Shown here piece after piece: positions 53,460 through 64,000 of a DNA stretch of 64,000 nucleotides. Position 1 is the first letter of the stretch, and each line of letters opens with the position of its first letter. Both the position numbers and the translations under genes were made by a program. Source of the stretch: a candidate division FCPU426 bacterium (lineage in GTDB: Bacteria; Oederibacteriota; Muellerivitia; Muellerivitales; Muellerivitaceae); the NCBI GenBank assembly GCA_963796105.1, contig CAWCKJ010000004.1:1504001-1568000 (forward strand), given 5' to 3'. The notes under the pieces are model-generated. The model worked only from the letters and a program-made list of their open reading frames with translations. It did no database searches and was not told the origin of the DNA.

Positions 53460-54806
53460 ATGCCTGAACCGTTTCAAAATTTACTATCCACCTTGCGAGA
53501 CACCAGCGAGGAAGCCTTCGAGGTGGTTTTCAAGAAACCCATCAACCTCCTGGGGGAGCAAGGGATTAAGGCCCGCAGGATGTTCCTGGGACTTCCCTCG
53601 CGCCAGAAAACCACTATTTACGCGGGTGTCCTCTGGGTCATCCCGATCGTCATTGTCAACCAATATGTCACCCTCTATATGGTGGATATGGGCCTTTCCA
53701 AGACGGAGGTGGGGGTTTACCAGTCCTTGATGGGGCTGGTGAGTTTGGTCGGGTACTTTCTGGGCGGTTATCTTTCCGACGCCTGGGGAAGAAAAAAAAC
53801 ATTGATTACTTTCGACATACTCAGCTGGGGGGGATATTGTTTTTGCCTGGCGGTGGCGAGCAATAAGTGGTGGTGCGTGGCGGCCATTTTCTTCATGGCC
53901 ACCAATTCTGGATCGACAGCTCCCTACATCTGCCTCTTGGCGGAGGGCGTTTCCGCCAAGGCCAGGTCTCTTGTTTTTTCCGTCCTGGCCATCGTCAACA
54001 TGATTCCGTCCCTGGCGTTTCTTCCCCTCGTGGGGGGGATCTGGGTGAACCAGATGGGCCGATTGAAAGCCTGCCACGAGATGTTCTGGCTTTTCTTCGC
54101 CCTGATCGCCTTGGGCATTGGTTTGAGGTGGAAATTTCTCCCGGAATCCCCGACCTTCGAGAAGCCCCCTGACTCCTGGCTTCAAGTTTTCCGAGAGGGT
54201 CTGCTCCAATATTGGAAATCCCTCCGGATTTTTTTCCAAAAGAAAACATCCAGGGTCCTTCTTCTGTCCAAATTCCTGGATGAATGGATCATCTGGGCCT
54301 GGGGCACTTATTCCTCCCTTTATTATGTAGACCATCTCGGCTTGAAGGATTCCTATCTCTCGATCCTGGGTCCTGTCTCCACCTATGTGGCTTCTTTGGT
54401 GGTTTTCCTGTTCGTCCCCCAGCTTACGCAAAAACAAGTGGTGAAAATCTTGGGGGGGGATCAATTGTTCGGCATTGCCTCCTTCGCGGTCCTCCTGCTT
54501 CTTTCCTCCGGCGGAAACAACATCCTCCTGGTTTGCCTGTTATCCGCGAGCTTGGGCGCCGTCGGGGGAGCCCTTTATGGTTCGGTTACCGTTTCCGTGT
54601 GGATGAACATCATGAGGGAAAAGGAAAGGGGGAAGGTGGTGGCGGCCTCTTACGCTGTCATCAAGCTGGGCCTCCTGACCGGGACGTTTGGCGCCCTTAT
54701 CTATGGAAAAGTCTCACCCGTTGTATTGCTTTATTTGATGATCGCTTTGCGAATTTTAAATTTTTACCTATTGCGGCGCGCCTCAAGACTCCTTCTGAAA
54801 GCTTGA
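53460..54806 (+). CDS. MFS transporter
   Basis: GGYLSDAWGRKK motif A; about 12 TM segments. Confidence 0.85.
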   Translation: MPEPFQNLLSTLRDTSEEAFEVVFKKPINLLGEQGIKARRMFLGLPSRQKTTIYAGVLWVIPIVIVNQYVTLYMVDMGLSKTEVGVYQSLMGLVSLVGYFLGGYLSDAWGRKKTLITFDILSWGGYCFCLAVASNKWWCVAAIFFMATNSGSTAPYICLLAEGVSAKARSLVFSVLAIVNMIPSLAFLPLVGGIWVNQMGRLKACHEMFWLFFALIALGIGLRWKFLPESPTFEKPPDSWLQVFREGLLQYWKSLRIFFQKKTSRVLLLSKFLDEWIIWAWGTYSSLYYVDHLGLKDSYLSILGPVSTYVASLVVFLFVPQLTQKQVVKILGGDQLFGIASFAVLLLLSSGGNNILLVCLLSASLGAVGGALYGSVTVSVWMNIMREKERGKVVAASYAVIKLGLLTGTFGALIYGKVSPVVLLYLMIALRILNFYLLRRASRLLLKA

Positions 54807-54832
54807 TGAACCGATAACTGAAAAGGGATGGA

Positions 54833-55706
54833 ATGGGTTACCTATACGCCTTAGCGGCTTTCGCCTGCATCGGCAGTTACCTGGTGCCGATTCGCTTTTC
54901 CTCGGCCAAGGGAATATCCTTCCTGCCCCTCATGGGTTTGGGAATGATCCTGATTGAGCTGTTCCGATGGGAGTCGGTCAAATCGCTCTGGGCCCATCCC
55001 CTTTGGTTTTGGGGAAGCCTGGGTTCGGGGTTTCTTTGGGTCCTGGGCCAGGGTTTCGGAAACCTGGCGCTGGAGGAAATAAGCCTGGCGAAAGCCGCCA
55101 CTTTCTACAATATCAATACTTTCATCAACATCGGCCTGGGTTTGGCCCTCTTCAAGGAAGCCTCGGGTTGGAAATCCTACCTCTTATTGCTGGCGGGGGG
55201 ATGCCTGCTTTTCATCGGAGCTCTCTGGGTGTCCAGAGCGTCCGCTACGCCTGCCAAGGAAAATAACCTGAAAAAGGGAATCTGGATGAGCTTGTGCGCC
55301 GGGTTTTTCTGGGGAATTTACTTCGCTCCGGTGAAGGCGCTCCAGGTTTTTTCCCCTGAGCCCGCCCTCTCGTCTTTGGACATTCTCGCTGGTCTTGTGT
55401 TGGGGGGAAGCCTGCCGGCCCTGGCTTTGGGATTGTTTCAATCCCGGAAGATACTGGACTTTCCGAAACACGGCTTGCGGCGTCACCTGCGCCGTGCTTT
55501 GGAACGTCGGGACTTTCTTTTTTTTAATGGCCATCCAGACCCTGGGACTTTCACGCGCCGTTCCCGTGATTAACGCCAACAGCTTGGTTTACGCGGCATG
55601 GTCTTTTTTCGTTTTCAAGGAACTTCCATTGTCCCAAGGCGGAAAAGTCCTGGGGGGAACCGCCTTAGCTGTTATGGGAATAATTCTTCTGGCCTGTTCC
55701 GCGTAA
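54833..55706 (+). CDS. DMT/GRP-family transporter, frameshifted near 55445
   Basis: Hydrophobic two-repeat DMT pattern; the second half continues in the 55395-55706 frame (LGLSRAVPV...VFKE). Confidence 0.7.
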
Positions 55707-55818
55707 AAAACCCGTAATATTTTCAGATTCAAAAGGGCTTAAAAATATATATTTCCGGTGGATTTCGAGTTCTTTAACGCTTGAAAGTTTTTAGTTAAAA
55801 CCACATAATCTTTTTTCC

Positions 55819-56394
55819 ATGAAAACACAAAACAATATCGCATTCAAGGAATGGGCGGTCATCCTCAAGGCTTTGGAGGAAGGCAAGCAAACCATTCTTT
55901 TGGGCAAGGACGGCATCCAGGAAGAGGGCGGGGATTTCAAACCCGAACATCCCGAGTTTTTCCTTTATCCGACCCTGGAGCACGAGTCCGCGCAAGGGAT
56001 CAAGCCGGACTGGCGCCCGCGGCTTGCCGCCATCGAGCGTGAAAACAAGGACCCCAAACGGATCCATTTCAGGCTTTACGGCATATTGGAAAACACGGTA
56101 AAAGTGACCGATTGGGAAATTTGCAAGCGGATCATTCCCTTCACGGTTTTTAGCGATGAGGCTGTGGAAAAACGCTTCAACGGCGGGGATTGGCAGGGTG
56201 TTTTCATTTTTATCGTGCGCGCTTTTTTTTTGCCGGTGCCCCTGGATCTTCCCTTAAAGCCGCCGTACACCGGCTTTAAATCATGGGTCCCCCTGGAAAC
56301 TTCCATGTTTACCTCGGGATCCCTTCCCGTGATCCCCGATGGGGCCTGGCCTTACACCAAAGAACGCATTTTGAAAATGCTGTCAGCCGGTTGA
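55819..56394 (+). CDS. DUF1802-family protein
   Basis: AFKEWA....L..G.Q.ILL.K.GI.E, FFLYPT.EH, SWV.L. Confidence 0.85.
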   Translation: MKTQNNIAFKEWAVILKALEEGKQTILLGKDGIQEEGGDFKPEHPEFFLYPTLEHESAQGIKPDWRPRLAAIERENKDPKRIHFRLYGILENTVKVTDWEICKRIIPFTVFSDEAVEKRFNGGDWQGVFIFIVRAFFLPVPLDLPLKPPYTGFKSWVPLETSMFTSGSLPVIPDGAWPYTKERILKMLSAG

Positions 56395-56433
56395 GCCCAA
56401 TCTGAAAATCCTTGCGGACCAATCCCTGAAACC

Positions 56434-57273
56434 ATGAAACTCAAGACAGCTGTCGCGGGCCAGTTCTATCCCCGGGAAAAAATCCAATTGGAGAAGGTTC
56501 TGGAAACTTTCCGGACCCAGAGCCAGCCGGCCCCTTTGCCAGGCGAGCCTGTCGGAATGCTGCTGCCCCACGCTGGATATCCCTATTCGGGCGCCGTGGC
56601 TTCCTTGGGTTATCTTTCCCTTCTTTCCCGCGGCATTGAGACGGTGGTGGTGGCCGGCCCCAGTCATTATGTTTCCTTCGGCGGGATCTCGATTTTCGCG
56701 GGGGAGGCGGTACAGACCCCCCTGGGGGACCTGCCGGTTGACCAGGAGGCCTGCCGGATTCTGATGGATGAGGACGAGCATTTCGCTGAATTTCCCCAAG
56801 CTTTCACCCGCGAGCATTCCGTGGAGGTGCATTTTCCGCTTATCCGCCATTTCCTTCCCGGCGCGAAAGTTGTGCCATTAGTCCTGGGACAGGGTTCGGA
56901 GGAAACCGCGGTGCCCTTGGTCAAGGGGCTGAAGGCTTTGAGGAAAGTAAAACCGTTTCTATTCGTGGCTTCCTCGGACCTTTCGCATTTTCCGGATTAT
57001 GACACGGCCAACAAGGCGGACCGGCAATTTTTGGAAGCCCTCCTGTCAGGGGACGAGAAAAAGGTAAGGCAAGCCGACGAAAAAATCATGTCCAGCGGCC
57101 TGAGGGATTATCATTGCACCCACTGCGGCAGGGAACCGGTCTCGGCGCTTTTGAAATGGGCCAGGCAGGAAAACGCGGAAAAAATTCAAACATTAGCCTA
57201 CAGAAACTCGGGTGATGTCACGGGGGATCTTTCGCGGGTCGTGGGTTATTCCTGCGTCGCTTTTTGTAAATAA
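56434..57273 (+). CDS. amrB: AmmeMemoRadiSam system protein B (MEMO1 family)
   Basis: AVAGQFYP, PHAGY.YSG, GPSH, EHSVEV, SSDLSH, NSGD, VVGY. Confidence 0.92.
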   Translation: MKLKTAVAGQFYPREKIQLEKVLETFRTQSQPAPLPGEPVGMLLPHAGYPYSGAVASLGYLSLLSRGIETVVVAGPSHYVSFGGISIFAGEAVQTPLGDLPVDQEACRILMDEDEHFAEFPQAFTREHSVEVHFPLIRHFLPGAKVVPLVLGQGSEETAVPLVKGLKALRKVKPFLFVASSDLSHFPDYDTANKADRQFLEALLSGDEKKVRQADEKIMSSGLRDYHCTHCGREPVSALLKWARQENAEKIQTLAYRNSGDVTGDLSRVVGYSCVAFCK

Positions 57274-57526
57274 AAAAACAAGCGTTGTTGAGCCGTTTGA
57301 GCAAAGCCAAGAAATCCTATTACCCTTTGAGGATCCACTCCGCCGTCATTGTAAGGGGTTCAATTCGGTTTTATAATGCGGTATAACCTTAATTTAATCG
57401 TGAAGTTCTTGACCTGACTGTCCAGCCGAGCTATACCAACTGACCCCGCCCTTGAAAAGACGGCTGGAATTTCTCATCATGACTTAAGTAACTGACTCAT
57501 AAACGTCCATTCCATGGAGAATATTA

Positions 57527-58030
57527 ATGATTGAAATGAAAGTGAGGGGAATCGCGGTTGATCCCAACCTGAAGACCCCCGCGGTGATCCTGACCGATGA
57601 GGAGGAAAAACGATATCTTCCCATTTGGATCGGCGTGGCGGAAGCCACCGCCATTTTTATCCAGTTGAATGAGCAAACCCTTCCCAGGCCCATGACCCAT
57701 GATCTCCTCAAAAGCGTCATTGAGACCCTGGGGGCCAAAGTGATCAAGGTTTTGGTCAACGACATCAACCAGAACACATTTTTCGCGAGGATTTTCCTGG
57801 AGTTTCCCGAGGCGGGTGAGAGGTTCGATATAGACGCGAGGCCCTCGGATGCCATCGCCTTGGCACTGCGGACAAATTCCCCTATCTTCGTGGCGGAAAA
57901 GGTGGTGGTCAACGCCACCATAGTGGATAAGGATAAGTACAAGGAAGAGATGAGCGAGTTCAAGAAATTCCTGGAGAATCTCACCCCGACCGACTTTAAG
58001 GATATTTCAGGGCCCGCCGCGGAGAGTTGA
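57527..58030 (+). CDS. Bifunctional nuclease family (DUF151)
   Basis: LPIWIG..EA, RPMTHDL, DARPSDAIALALR. Confidence 0.93.
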   Translation: MIEMKVRGIAVDPNLKTPAVILTDEEEKRYLPIWIGVAEATAIFIQLNEQTLPRPMTHDLLKSVIETLGAKVIKVLVNDINQNTFFARIFLEFPEAGERFDIDARPSDAIALALRTNSPIFVAEKVVVNATIVDKDKYKEEMSEFKKFLENLTPTDFKDISGPAAES

Positions 58031-58172
58031 GCCTGTATCCCCTGGTTTAAAGATTGGGAATTTCAATATATGGGATCCTTTATAAAGAAGGACCCACCCC
58101 CCTATTTTTCCCAAGAGGTTTATTGGTTTTAACCTTCTGACGGCGCTCAAGTGATCCGGGAAAGGAACAAAG

Positions 58173-58505
58173 GTGTACGCGTCGAATCAAGTTTCCGGCC
58201 CCTTAGCCTTGACGGACGCCCACTTTATCCTTTTATTCCACACGACCCATGAGACCATGCATGCTGAGTCCATTTTAAAGACGAACCGCATGCGGTTTAA
58301 ATTGATCCCGCGGCCCCGGGTCATCGAGGATGATTGCGGGTTGGGCTTGGTGATCGTCAAGGATGACAGGGGCCAGGTTGAGTTTCTCCTGAAAGCCGCT
58401 GAAATCTACATCAAGGCCGCATTTCATGTTGAAAAGGACGGAAATTGGACCAGGGAAAATTATCCACAAGCGCCAATTTACTACGACTCTCCACCCTCGG
58501 GCTGA
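58173..58505 (+). CDS. DUF3343-like protein
   Basis: ILLFHTTH..M.AE..LK, LIP.PR.I..DCGL; AAAGGA RBS with GTG start. Confidence 0.7.
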   Translation: MYASNQVSGPLALTDAHFILLFHTTHETMHAESILKTNRMRFKLIPRPRVIEDDCGLGLVIVKDDRGQVEFLLKAAEIYIKAAFHVEKDGNWTRENYPQAPIYYDSPPSG

Positions 58506-58693
58506 ATTTCAGCTTTTCCATATTCCTGGGAATGGGTTTGGGGTGGTGTCTTTATAAATGGCTGCACTTGGGGGGGTGGGTCATCATCGCCGGCTTATTG
58601 ATCGGCATTGTATCCAGTTATGTCCTACTAATAGAAGATTTAAGAGCCCTCACGGCGCCACCAGGATCCTCCCCAAATGAGAAAAATAAATAA
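58445..58693 (+). CDS. AtpZ/ATPase gene-1 family membrane protein
   Basis: LGL...SI.LG.G.G..L..W....W.IIAGLL.G; first gene of the atp cluster. Confidence 0.75.
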   Translation: MDQGKLSTSANLLRLSTLGLNFSFSIFLGMGLGWCLYKWLHLGGWVIIAGLLIGIVSSYVLLIEDLRALTAPPGSSPNEKNK

Positions 58694-59090
58694 TATTTTC
58701 CAAGAGGGCATTCCCTTGAGTGCTTTGCTATGGAAAGCTTGCCTTGGAACCTTGTTGGGTGGATTCCTTTTAGGTATTGGCGCCGCCATTTCGGGAAATC
58801 CACATCTGGCGTTGGGGTTCTTGTTGGGAGCTTTATTGTCAGTTTTAAATTTCCTTTTTTTAAATACCCTGGTCGTGAAAGTGTTATCAGCGGGCGGGGT
58901 AAAGGGAAACAAGATATTTTGGTCCCAGCAAGTCCTTCGCTGGATTGCATTTGCCTTGATTGTTTTAGTCTTGGTGCGTGTTTCCTTTCCCTGTCTTTTA
59001 GGCGCCCTTGGCAGTTATCTTTGGTTTCTGGCGCTTTTGGCCTGGCTGGGTTGGCGTTCCGCCAGGACGGGAAAAAATATTAAACTTTAA
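58677..59090 (+). CDS. atpI: ATP synthase protein I
   Basis: Four TM segments, GFLLGA..SVLNF, LRW; position before atpB. Confidence 0.75.
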   Translation: MRKINNIFQEGIPLSALLWKACLGTLLGGFLLGIGAAISGNPHLALGFLLGALLSVLNFLFLNTLVVKVLSAGGVKGNKIFWSQQVLRWIAFALIVLVLVRVSFPCLLGALGSYLWFLALLAWLGWRSARTGKNIKL

Positions 59091-59155
59091 GCTAAATAAT
59101 AATTTTCATCCTTCAAAAATATTTTTTGGATATTTCCTCCCGCTTTTAAATAGCG

Positions 59156-59184
59156 TTGACCATTCAAGAATCCCCCATTAGACT
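59156..59184 (+). promoter_or_regulatory. Putative sigma70 promoter for atpB
   Basis: TTGACC-N17-TAGACT. Confidence 0.5.
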
Positions 59185-59308
59185 AACCCTTGTTTTTCTG
59201 GGGAGAACTTTTTCTCAAAGTTTACGGCGAGTTCCAACGCTTTTTCCATTCATGCTCCCGAACTTTCAGATCCATTATTGTCACAAGACTTGAGAAAGGC
59301 TCCAGTCC

Positions 59309-60139
59309 ATGCACGAGGCTGAGAACCCCATAATTATTCCCACCCATCTTTTCGCTTTCCTGGGTTTCGATAATCTCATCAATCCCTACACGGTTGCCTT
59401 GCTTGCCTTCGGCCTGGTTTTCCTCCTGATGTGGAGGGCCCGCGCGAACATGAAATTGGTGCCGACGGGCGCCCAAAATTTCGTGGAAATGGTTTTCGAT
59501 TTCGTCCAGAACCTGGCCGAGCCTCTCGTCGGCAAGCACACCGGTTTTTTTTTCCCCGTGTTTTTCATGCTGTTCATGTTCATCTTTTTCGGGAACCTGA
59601 TGGGCCTGGTTCCCGGCTTGGTATCGCCCACCAGCCGCCTGGAAGTCAACGCGGGCATGGCTTTGATTGTTTTTTTCTCCACCCATCTCTGGGGCGTCAA
59701 AGAGAAAGGCCTCAAGTATTTTGAGCATTTCCTGCCGCCCAAAATACCGGCCAACTCGCCCAACTTTCTCCTCAACCTTTTAATGAGGCTCATCTACCTG
59801 GTGCTTCTGGTCTTAATGCCCATCATCCACGTCATCGGGGAACTTGTGAAACCCGTCTCCCTTACCTTCCGTTTATTCGGCAACATGATGGCCAAGGAGA
59901 AACTTCTGGCCATCCTGGTTTTCCTGGTCACGGTTTTTTGGGACCAAAACCTCGCCCTGAAGATCGCGTCCTCCTTTCCCTTCCTTTTAAGGGTGGCCAT
60001 CGTGATTCTGGGGGTTTTCGTTTCTTTCGTTCAGGCTTTTGTATTCATGCTTTTGGCCATGGTTTACATCGGGGGAGCCGTCCAATCCCACGAGAGCCAC
60101 ACGGAAGGCGGGGAGGAACACAGCCACTCCGCTTCCTGA
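59309..60139 (+). CDS. atpB: ATP synthase F0 subunit a
   Basis: P.G.QNFVE, NLMGLVPG..SPT, KPVSLTFRLFGNM, QAFVF. Confidence 0.96.
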   Translation: MHEAENPIIIPTHLFAFLGFDNLINPYTVALLAFGLVFLLMWRARANMKLVPTGAQNFVEMVFDFVQNLAEPLVGKHTGFFFPVFFMLFMFIFFGNLMGLVPGLVSPTSRLEVNAGMALIVFFSTHLWGVKEKGLKYFEHFLPPKIPANSPNFLLNLLMRLIYLVLLVLMPIIHVIGELVKPVSLTFRLFGNMMAKEKLLAILVFLVTVFWDQNLALKIASSFPFLLRVAIVILGVFVSFVQAFVFMLLAMVYIGGAVQSHESHTEGGEEHSHSAS

Positions 60140-60218
60140 AGGATTCCTTGCCGGTTGCAAGGGCGAATGAATATTGATGTACCCTCGTTAAGAGGGTTCC
60201 CCGGCCAGCCCCCGCTGA

Positions 60219-60611
<393 letters not shown>

Positions 60612-60678
60612 ATCAGGTTAAAGAACGCTCGCCAAGGGGTTTGAGGCCCCTTGGCGAACAACTTAGAAGAGGGAATCC

Positions 60679-61167
60679 ATGGAATTCAACGTCAATTTTT
60701 TCGTCTTGCAGCTGGTCACCTTCGCGATCGGGATTTGGCTGGCCACCCTGATCTTCATTCCTTACCTTAAGAATTGGATGCAAAGCCGCCAAAAACGCAT
60801 CGAGGACCAGCTTAACACCGCCGAAAAACGCCAAAAAGAGTCGGAATCCCTTAAAGCGGATTTGGAACGCAAGTTGAAGGACCTCGAGCAAAGAACCACT
60901 GAGACCCTGCAGGAAGCCCGTAAGGAGGCCGCCCGGATGAAGGACGATATCGTCCATGCCGCCCGCAAAGAAGCGGATCTCTTCCTGGCGGACGCCCGCA
61001 GAACCATTGAGAACGAGAGCCAAGCTGTTTCCCTGGCCCTTCAAAAAGAAGTCGGTTCTTTGGCCGTCTCCATAGCGGAAAAACTCATCCGTTCCTCCGT
61101 GGACGCGAAGGTGCAGGATAAAATCGTTCAGGAAAGTATCAAAGAAATAAACGCGCAAAAGAATTAA
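60679..61167 (+). CDS. atpF: ATP synthase F0 subunit b
   Basis: N-terminal TM, R...I...L..AE coiled coil, IAEKLI. Confidence 0.93.
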   Translation: MEFNVNFFVLQLVTFAIGIWLATLIFIPYLKNWMQSRQKRIEDQLNTAEKRQKESESLKADLERKLKDLEQRTTETLQEARKEAARMKDDIVHAARKEADLFLADARRTIENESQAVSLALQKEVGSLAVSIAEKLIRSSVDAKVQDKIVQESIKEINAQKN

Positions 61168-61191
61168 TTCCGCAGTTTTGGGAGTGAAAAT

Positions 61192-61737
61192 ATGGAATCG
61201 GTCATCGCAGAGAAGTACGCCGTAGCCCTTTTGCAGGTGGCCCGTGAGTTGAAAACCGTGGACGAGCTTGGCGCCGAGATCCAGTCCGTCCAGGATCTCG
61301 TGGATTCCTATCCTGACCTCAAAGCGACCCTGGAGCATCCGCGGATCAAGTCCCAGGAGAAGCTCGATGCATTGAAGGCCCTTTTGGGAAACAAGCTTTC
61401 CCGGACCCTGGAAAATTTCCTTCGCCTCCTTTTGGCTAAGAAGCGCATCGGGCACCTGAAGGCCGTCACGGAGCATTACGAGAGGTTGTGCCTGCAGATG
61501 AAAGGAAAAGCCGCCGCGCGGGTTTTAACGGCCATGCCCTTATCCGCGGCCCAAAAAGGGGCTTTGTCCCAAAAGCTCACCCAGATGTTCGGCTTGACGG
61601 TCGAGTTGAAAGAGGAAGTCAAGCCGGATTTGATCGGGGGTATGATGGTTTACCTGGGGGACCAGCGCATGGACGGAAGCATCCTGGGACAATTGGAAAA
61701 AATGAAGCAAAGGCTGATGAAGGTGGAGATCGATTAA
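61192..61737 (+). CDS. atpH: ATP synthase F1 delta
   Basis: A.KYA.AL, NFL.LL..K.R, LIGG......DGS. Confidence 0.94.
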   Translation: MESVIAEKYAVALLQVARELKTVDELGAEIQSVQDLVDSYPDLKATLEHPRIKSQEKLDALKALLGNKLSRTLENFLRLLLAKKRIGHLKAVTEHYERLCLQMKGKAAARVLTAMPLSAAQKGALSQKLTQMFGLTVELKEEVKPDLIGGMMVYLGDQRMDGSILGQLEKMKQRLMKVEID

Positions 61738-61771
61738 GGCGTTTTAACACAAGAAATTCGGGAGGTTCGAC

Positions 61772-63272
61772 GTGGCCATCCAAGCTGATGAAGTGACGAA
61801 AATATTAAAAACCCGCATCAAGGAATTCAAACCCGAGGCCGAACTCACCCAGGTCGGAGAGGTCATCAAGGTCGGGGACGGCGTGGCCGTCGTGTACGGA
61901 TTGAAAAACGCTATGGCGGGAGAGCTGCTGAAATTTCCCAACGATGTTTATGGAATCGTCTTCAACCTGGAGACCGATTCGGTGGGAGTGGTGCTCATGG
62001 GGGAAACCCAGAAGGTCCACGAGGGGGATCCCGTCTCTTTGACCGGGCGAATTTCCGAAGTGCCGACAGGGAAGGAGCTTTTGGGACGCGTAGTCAACCC
62101 CTTGGGCGAGCCCTTGGATGGAAAAGGCCCCTTGAACGCCTCCTCCAGCCGGCGAATCGAGTTCAAGGCCCCGGGCGTGGTGCAAAGGCAGCCGGTCAAG
62201 GAACCCCTTCATACCGGCATCAAGGCCATCGACTGCATGATTCCCATCGGCCGGGGACAACGGGAGCTCATCATCGGGGACCGCCAGACCGGAAAGACCG
62301 CCATCGCCCTGGACACCATCCTGAACCAAAAAGGAAAGGACGTGGTTTGCGTCTATGTCGCCATCGGCCAGAAGCAATCCACTGTGGCCCAGTTCGCCCG
62401 CACCCTGGAAGAGCATGACGCATTGAAATACTGCATCATCGTTTCGGCCACGGCCTCCACTCCCGCGCCCCTGCAATATATCGCCCCATACGCCGGCTGC
62501 GCCATGGCGGAGGAATTCACCTATAATGGCGGCCATGCCCTGGTGGTTTACGACGACTTGTCCAAGCAAGCCGTGGCTTACCGCGAGTTGTCCCTCTTGC
62601 TGCGCGGCCCCCGGCCGCGAGGCATACCCGGGGGATGTTTTCTACCTTCATTCCCGCCTGCTGGAGAGGGCCTGCAAACTCAACGAGAAATTAGGGGGCG
62701 GTTCCCTGACGGCGCTTCCCATCATCGAGACCCAGGCCGGGGACGTGACGGCTTATATTCCCACGAATGTCATTTCCATCACGGACGGCCAGATCTACCT
62801 GGAATCCAACCTGTTTTACTCGGGGGTTCGTCCCGCCATCAACGTCGGTATTTCGGTCTCCCGCGTGGGCGGCAACGCCCAAACCAAGGCCACGAAAAAG
62901 GTGGCGGGAAGGTTGAAACTGGACATGGGGCAATACAACGAGCTGGCGGCTTTCGCCCAGTTCGGCGCGGAACTGGACAAGGTGTCCATGGCCCAGTTAA
63001 GCCGGGGCGCCCATATGGTGGAACTCCTCAAGCAGCCCCAGTACTCGCCCATGCTGATGGATGAGCAGGTCGCCTCGGTTTTCGCCGGGGTCAATGGGTA
63101 CATGGACAGCCTCCCGATCGAAAAGGTCAAGGCGTTCGAGACCGGCCTTTTGGCGTTCTTGAAGAACAAGCGTCCCGAAATTCTCAAGGATATCCGCGAC
63201 AAGAACGACTTGACCGACGACAACAAGACGAAACTAGTGGCGGCCATAGAGGAATTCGCGAAAACCTTCTGA
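61772..63272 (+). CDS. atpA: ATP synthase F1 alpha, apparent frameshift near 62605
   Basis: [16 protein letters not shown] in the first frame; [20 protein letters not shown] onward in the 62526-63272 frame. Confidence 0.95.
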
Positions 63273-63285
63273 GGAGTCTTTTTCA

Positions 63286-64000
63286 TTGGCACAGATTAGG
63301 GAAATCAAGCAGCGCCTGAAAAACGCCAAAAACATCAACCAAATCACCATGGCCATGAAAATGGTGGCCACGGCGCGGCTGAAAAGGGCACAACAGCGCA
63401 TCATGGGGGCCAGGCCATACGCCTACCGCATGAGGGATGTCATCCAGAATCTCGCCTCCAGCGTCAGCGAGGATGTTCATCCGCTGATGGCCTCCCGGGA
63501 GAAGGGGCACCTCGGGCCTATTGGTGGTGACGGCCGACAGGGGATTTTGCGGCAGTTTCAACGCCAATATTATCCGCCGGGCGCAGGCCTATATCCGGGA
63601 AAATCCCGATACGGTTCTTCTCACCGTGGGGAAAAAGGGCCGGGATTTTTTCAAACGGCGGAGCTTCAATATCCGCAAGGAATGGATGCAAATTTTCCCC
63701 CAGGTTCCATACGAGTCGATCCAGGAGATGAGGGATGTGATCGAGACCCTTTACGTTAAGGAGGGGTTCAAATCCATCACGGCCCTTTACAACGAGTTTA
63801 AGAGCGTTGTCCAGCAGAAGGTCACATTGGAGACCCTTCTTCCCTTGAAAATTTCGGGGGAGGAAAAAGAGGGGAAAGCCGATTATGCCGGAGGGGATTA
63901 CGCTTTTGAGCCGGATGTGAGCACCATCCTGGAATCCCTGCTTTCCAAATACCTGGCCACTGAAATCCACCGGATATTACTGGAGAGTTTTTCCTCAGAA
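63286..64000 (+). CDS. atpG: ATP synthase F1 gamma, partial, apparent frameshift near 63510
   Basis: IT.AMKMVA.ARL, then LLVVTADRGFCGSFNANI and YAFEPD in the shifted frame; runs off the window. Confidence 0.93.

Noticed and set aside
61772..64000. atpA and atpG as true pseudogenes or programmed frameshifts
   Set aside because: The indels fall in short homopolymers, and the proteins are otherwise fully conserved in an intact operon; sequencing error is more likely.

Overview
Bacterial chromosomal window, probably from a diderm organism (it has SurA-like chaperones and an OM beta-barrel domain) and probably a long-read assembly (homopolymer-type frameshifts in atpA and atpG). Housekeeping blocks lie at both ends. 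Left: mrp/apbC, mannose-1-P guanylyltransferase/PMM, PGM, class III cyclase, cutA, a two-component pair, mfd, pilB, a SurA/PpiC cluster and Nramp. Right: gph, argJ, thiL, tsaE-tsaB-rimI, MFS, amrB, DUF151 and the atp operon. An accessory region fills about 27.9-47.7 kb: a DUF2293/SNF2/SWIM module bracketed by a perfect 35-bp direct repeat; a non-coding array of 14 x 43-bp units; a Type I R-M locus; and two toxin-antitoxin-like pairs. The most unusual signal lies between hsdS and hsdR. Three cargo genes (rhuM, BRO-like, AAA/DUF4143) are each followed by a hairpin repeat and an hsdR start (two stubs, then the intact gene). One spacer holds four silent RhuM-like fragments, each centred on a different 25-bp (11-3-11) palindrome matching the palindrome inside the intact rhuM coding sequence. 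The neighbouring BRO gene has a coding palindrome of the same geometry. Two complete IS elements (IS1595, IS1380) have readable TIRs and TSDs. I found no rRNA, tRNA or CRISPR array. Family assignments come from motif recognition by eye, not database searches.
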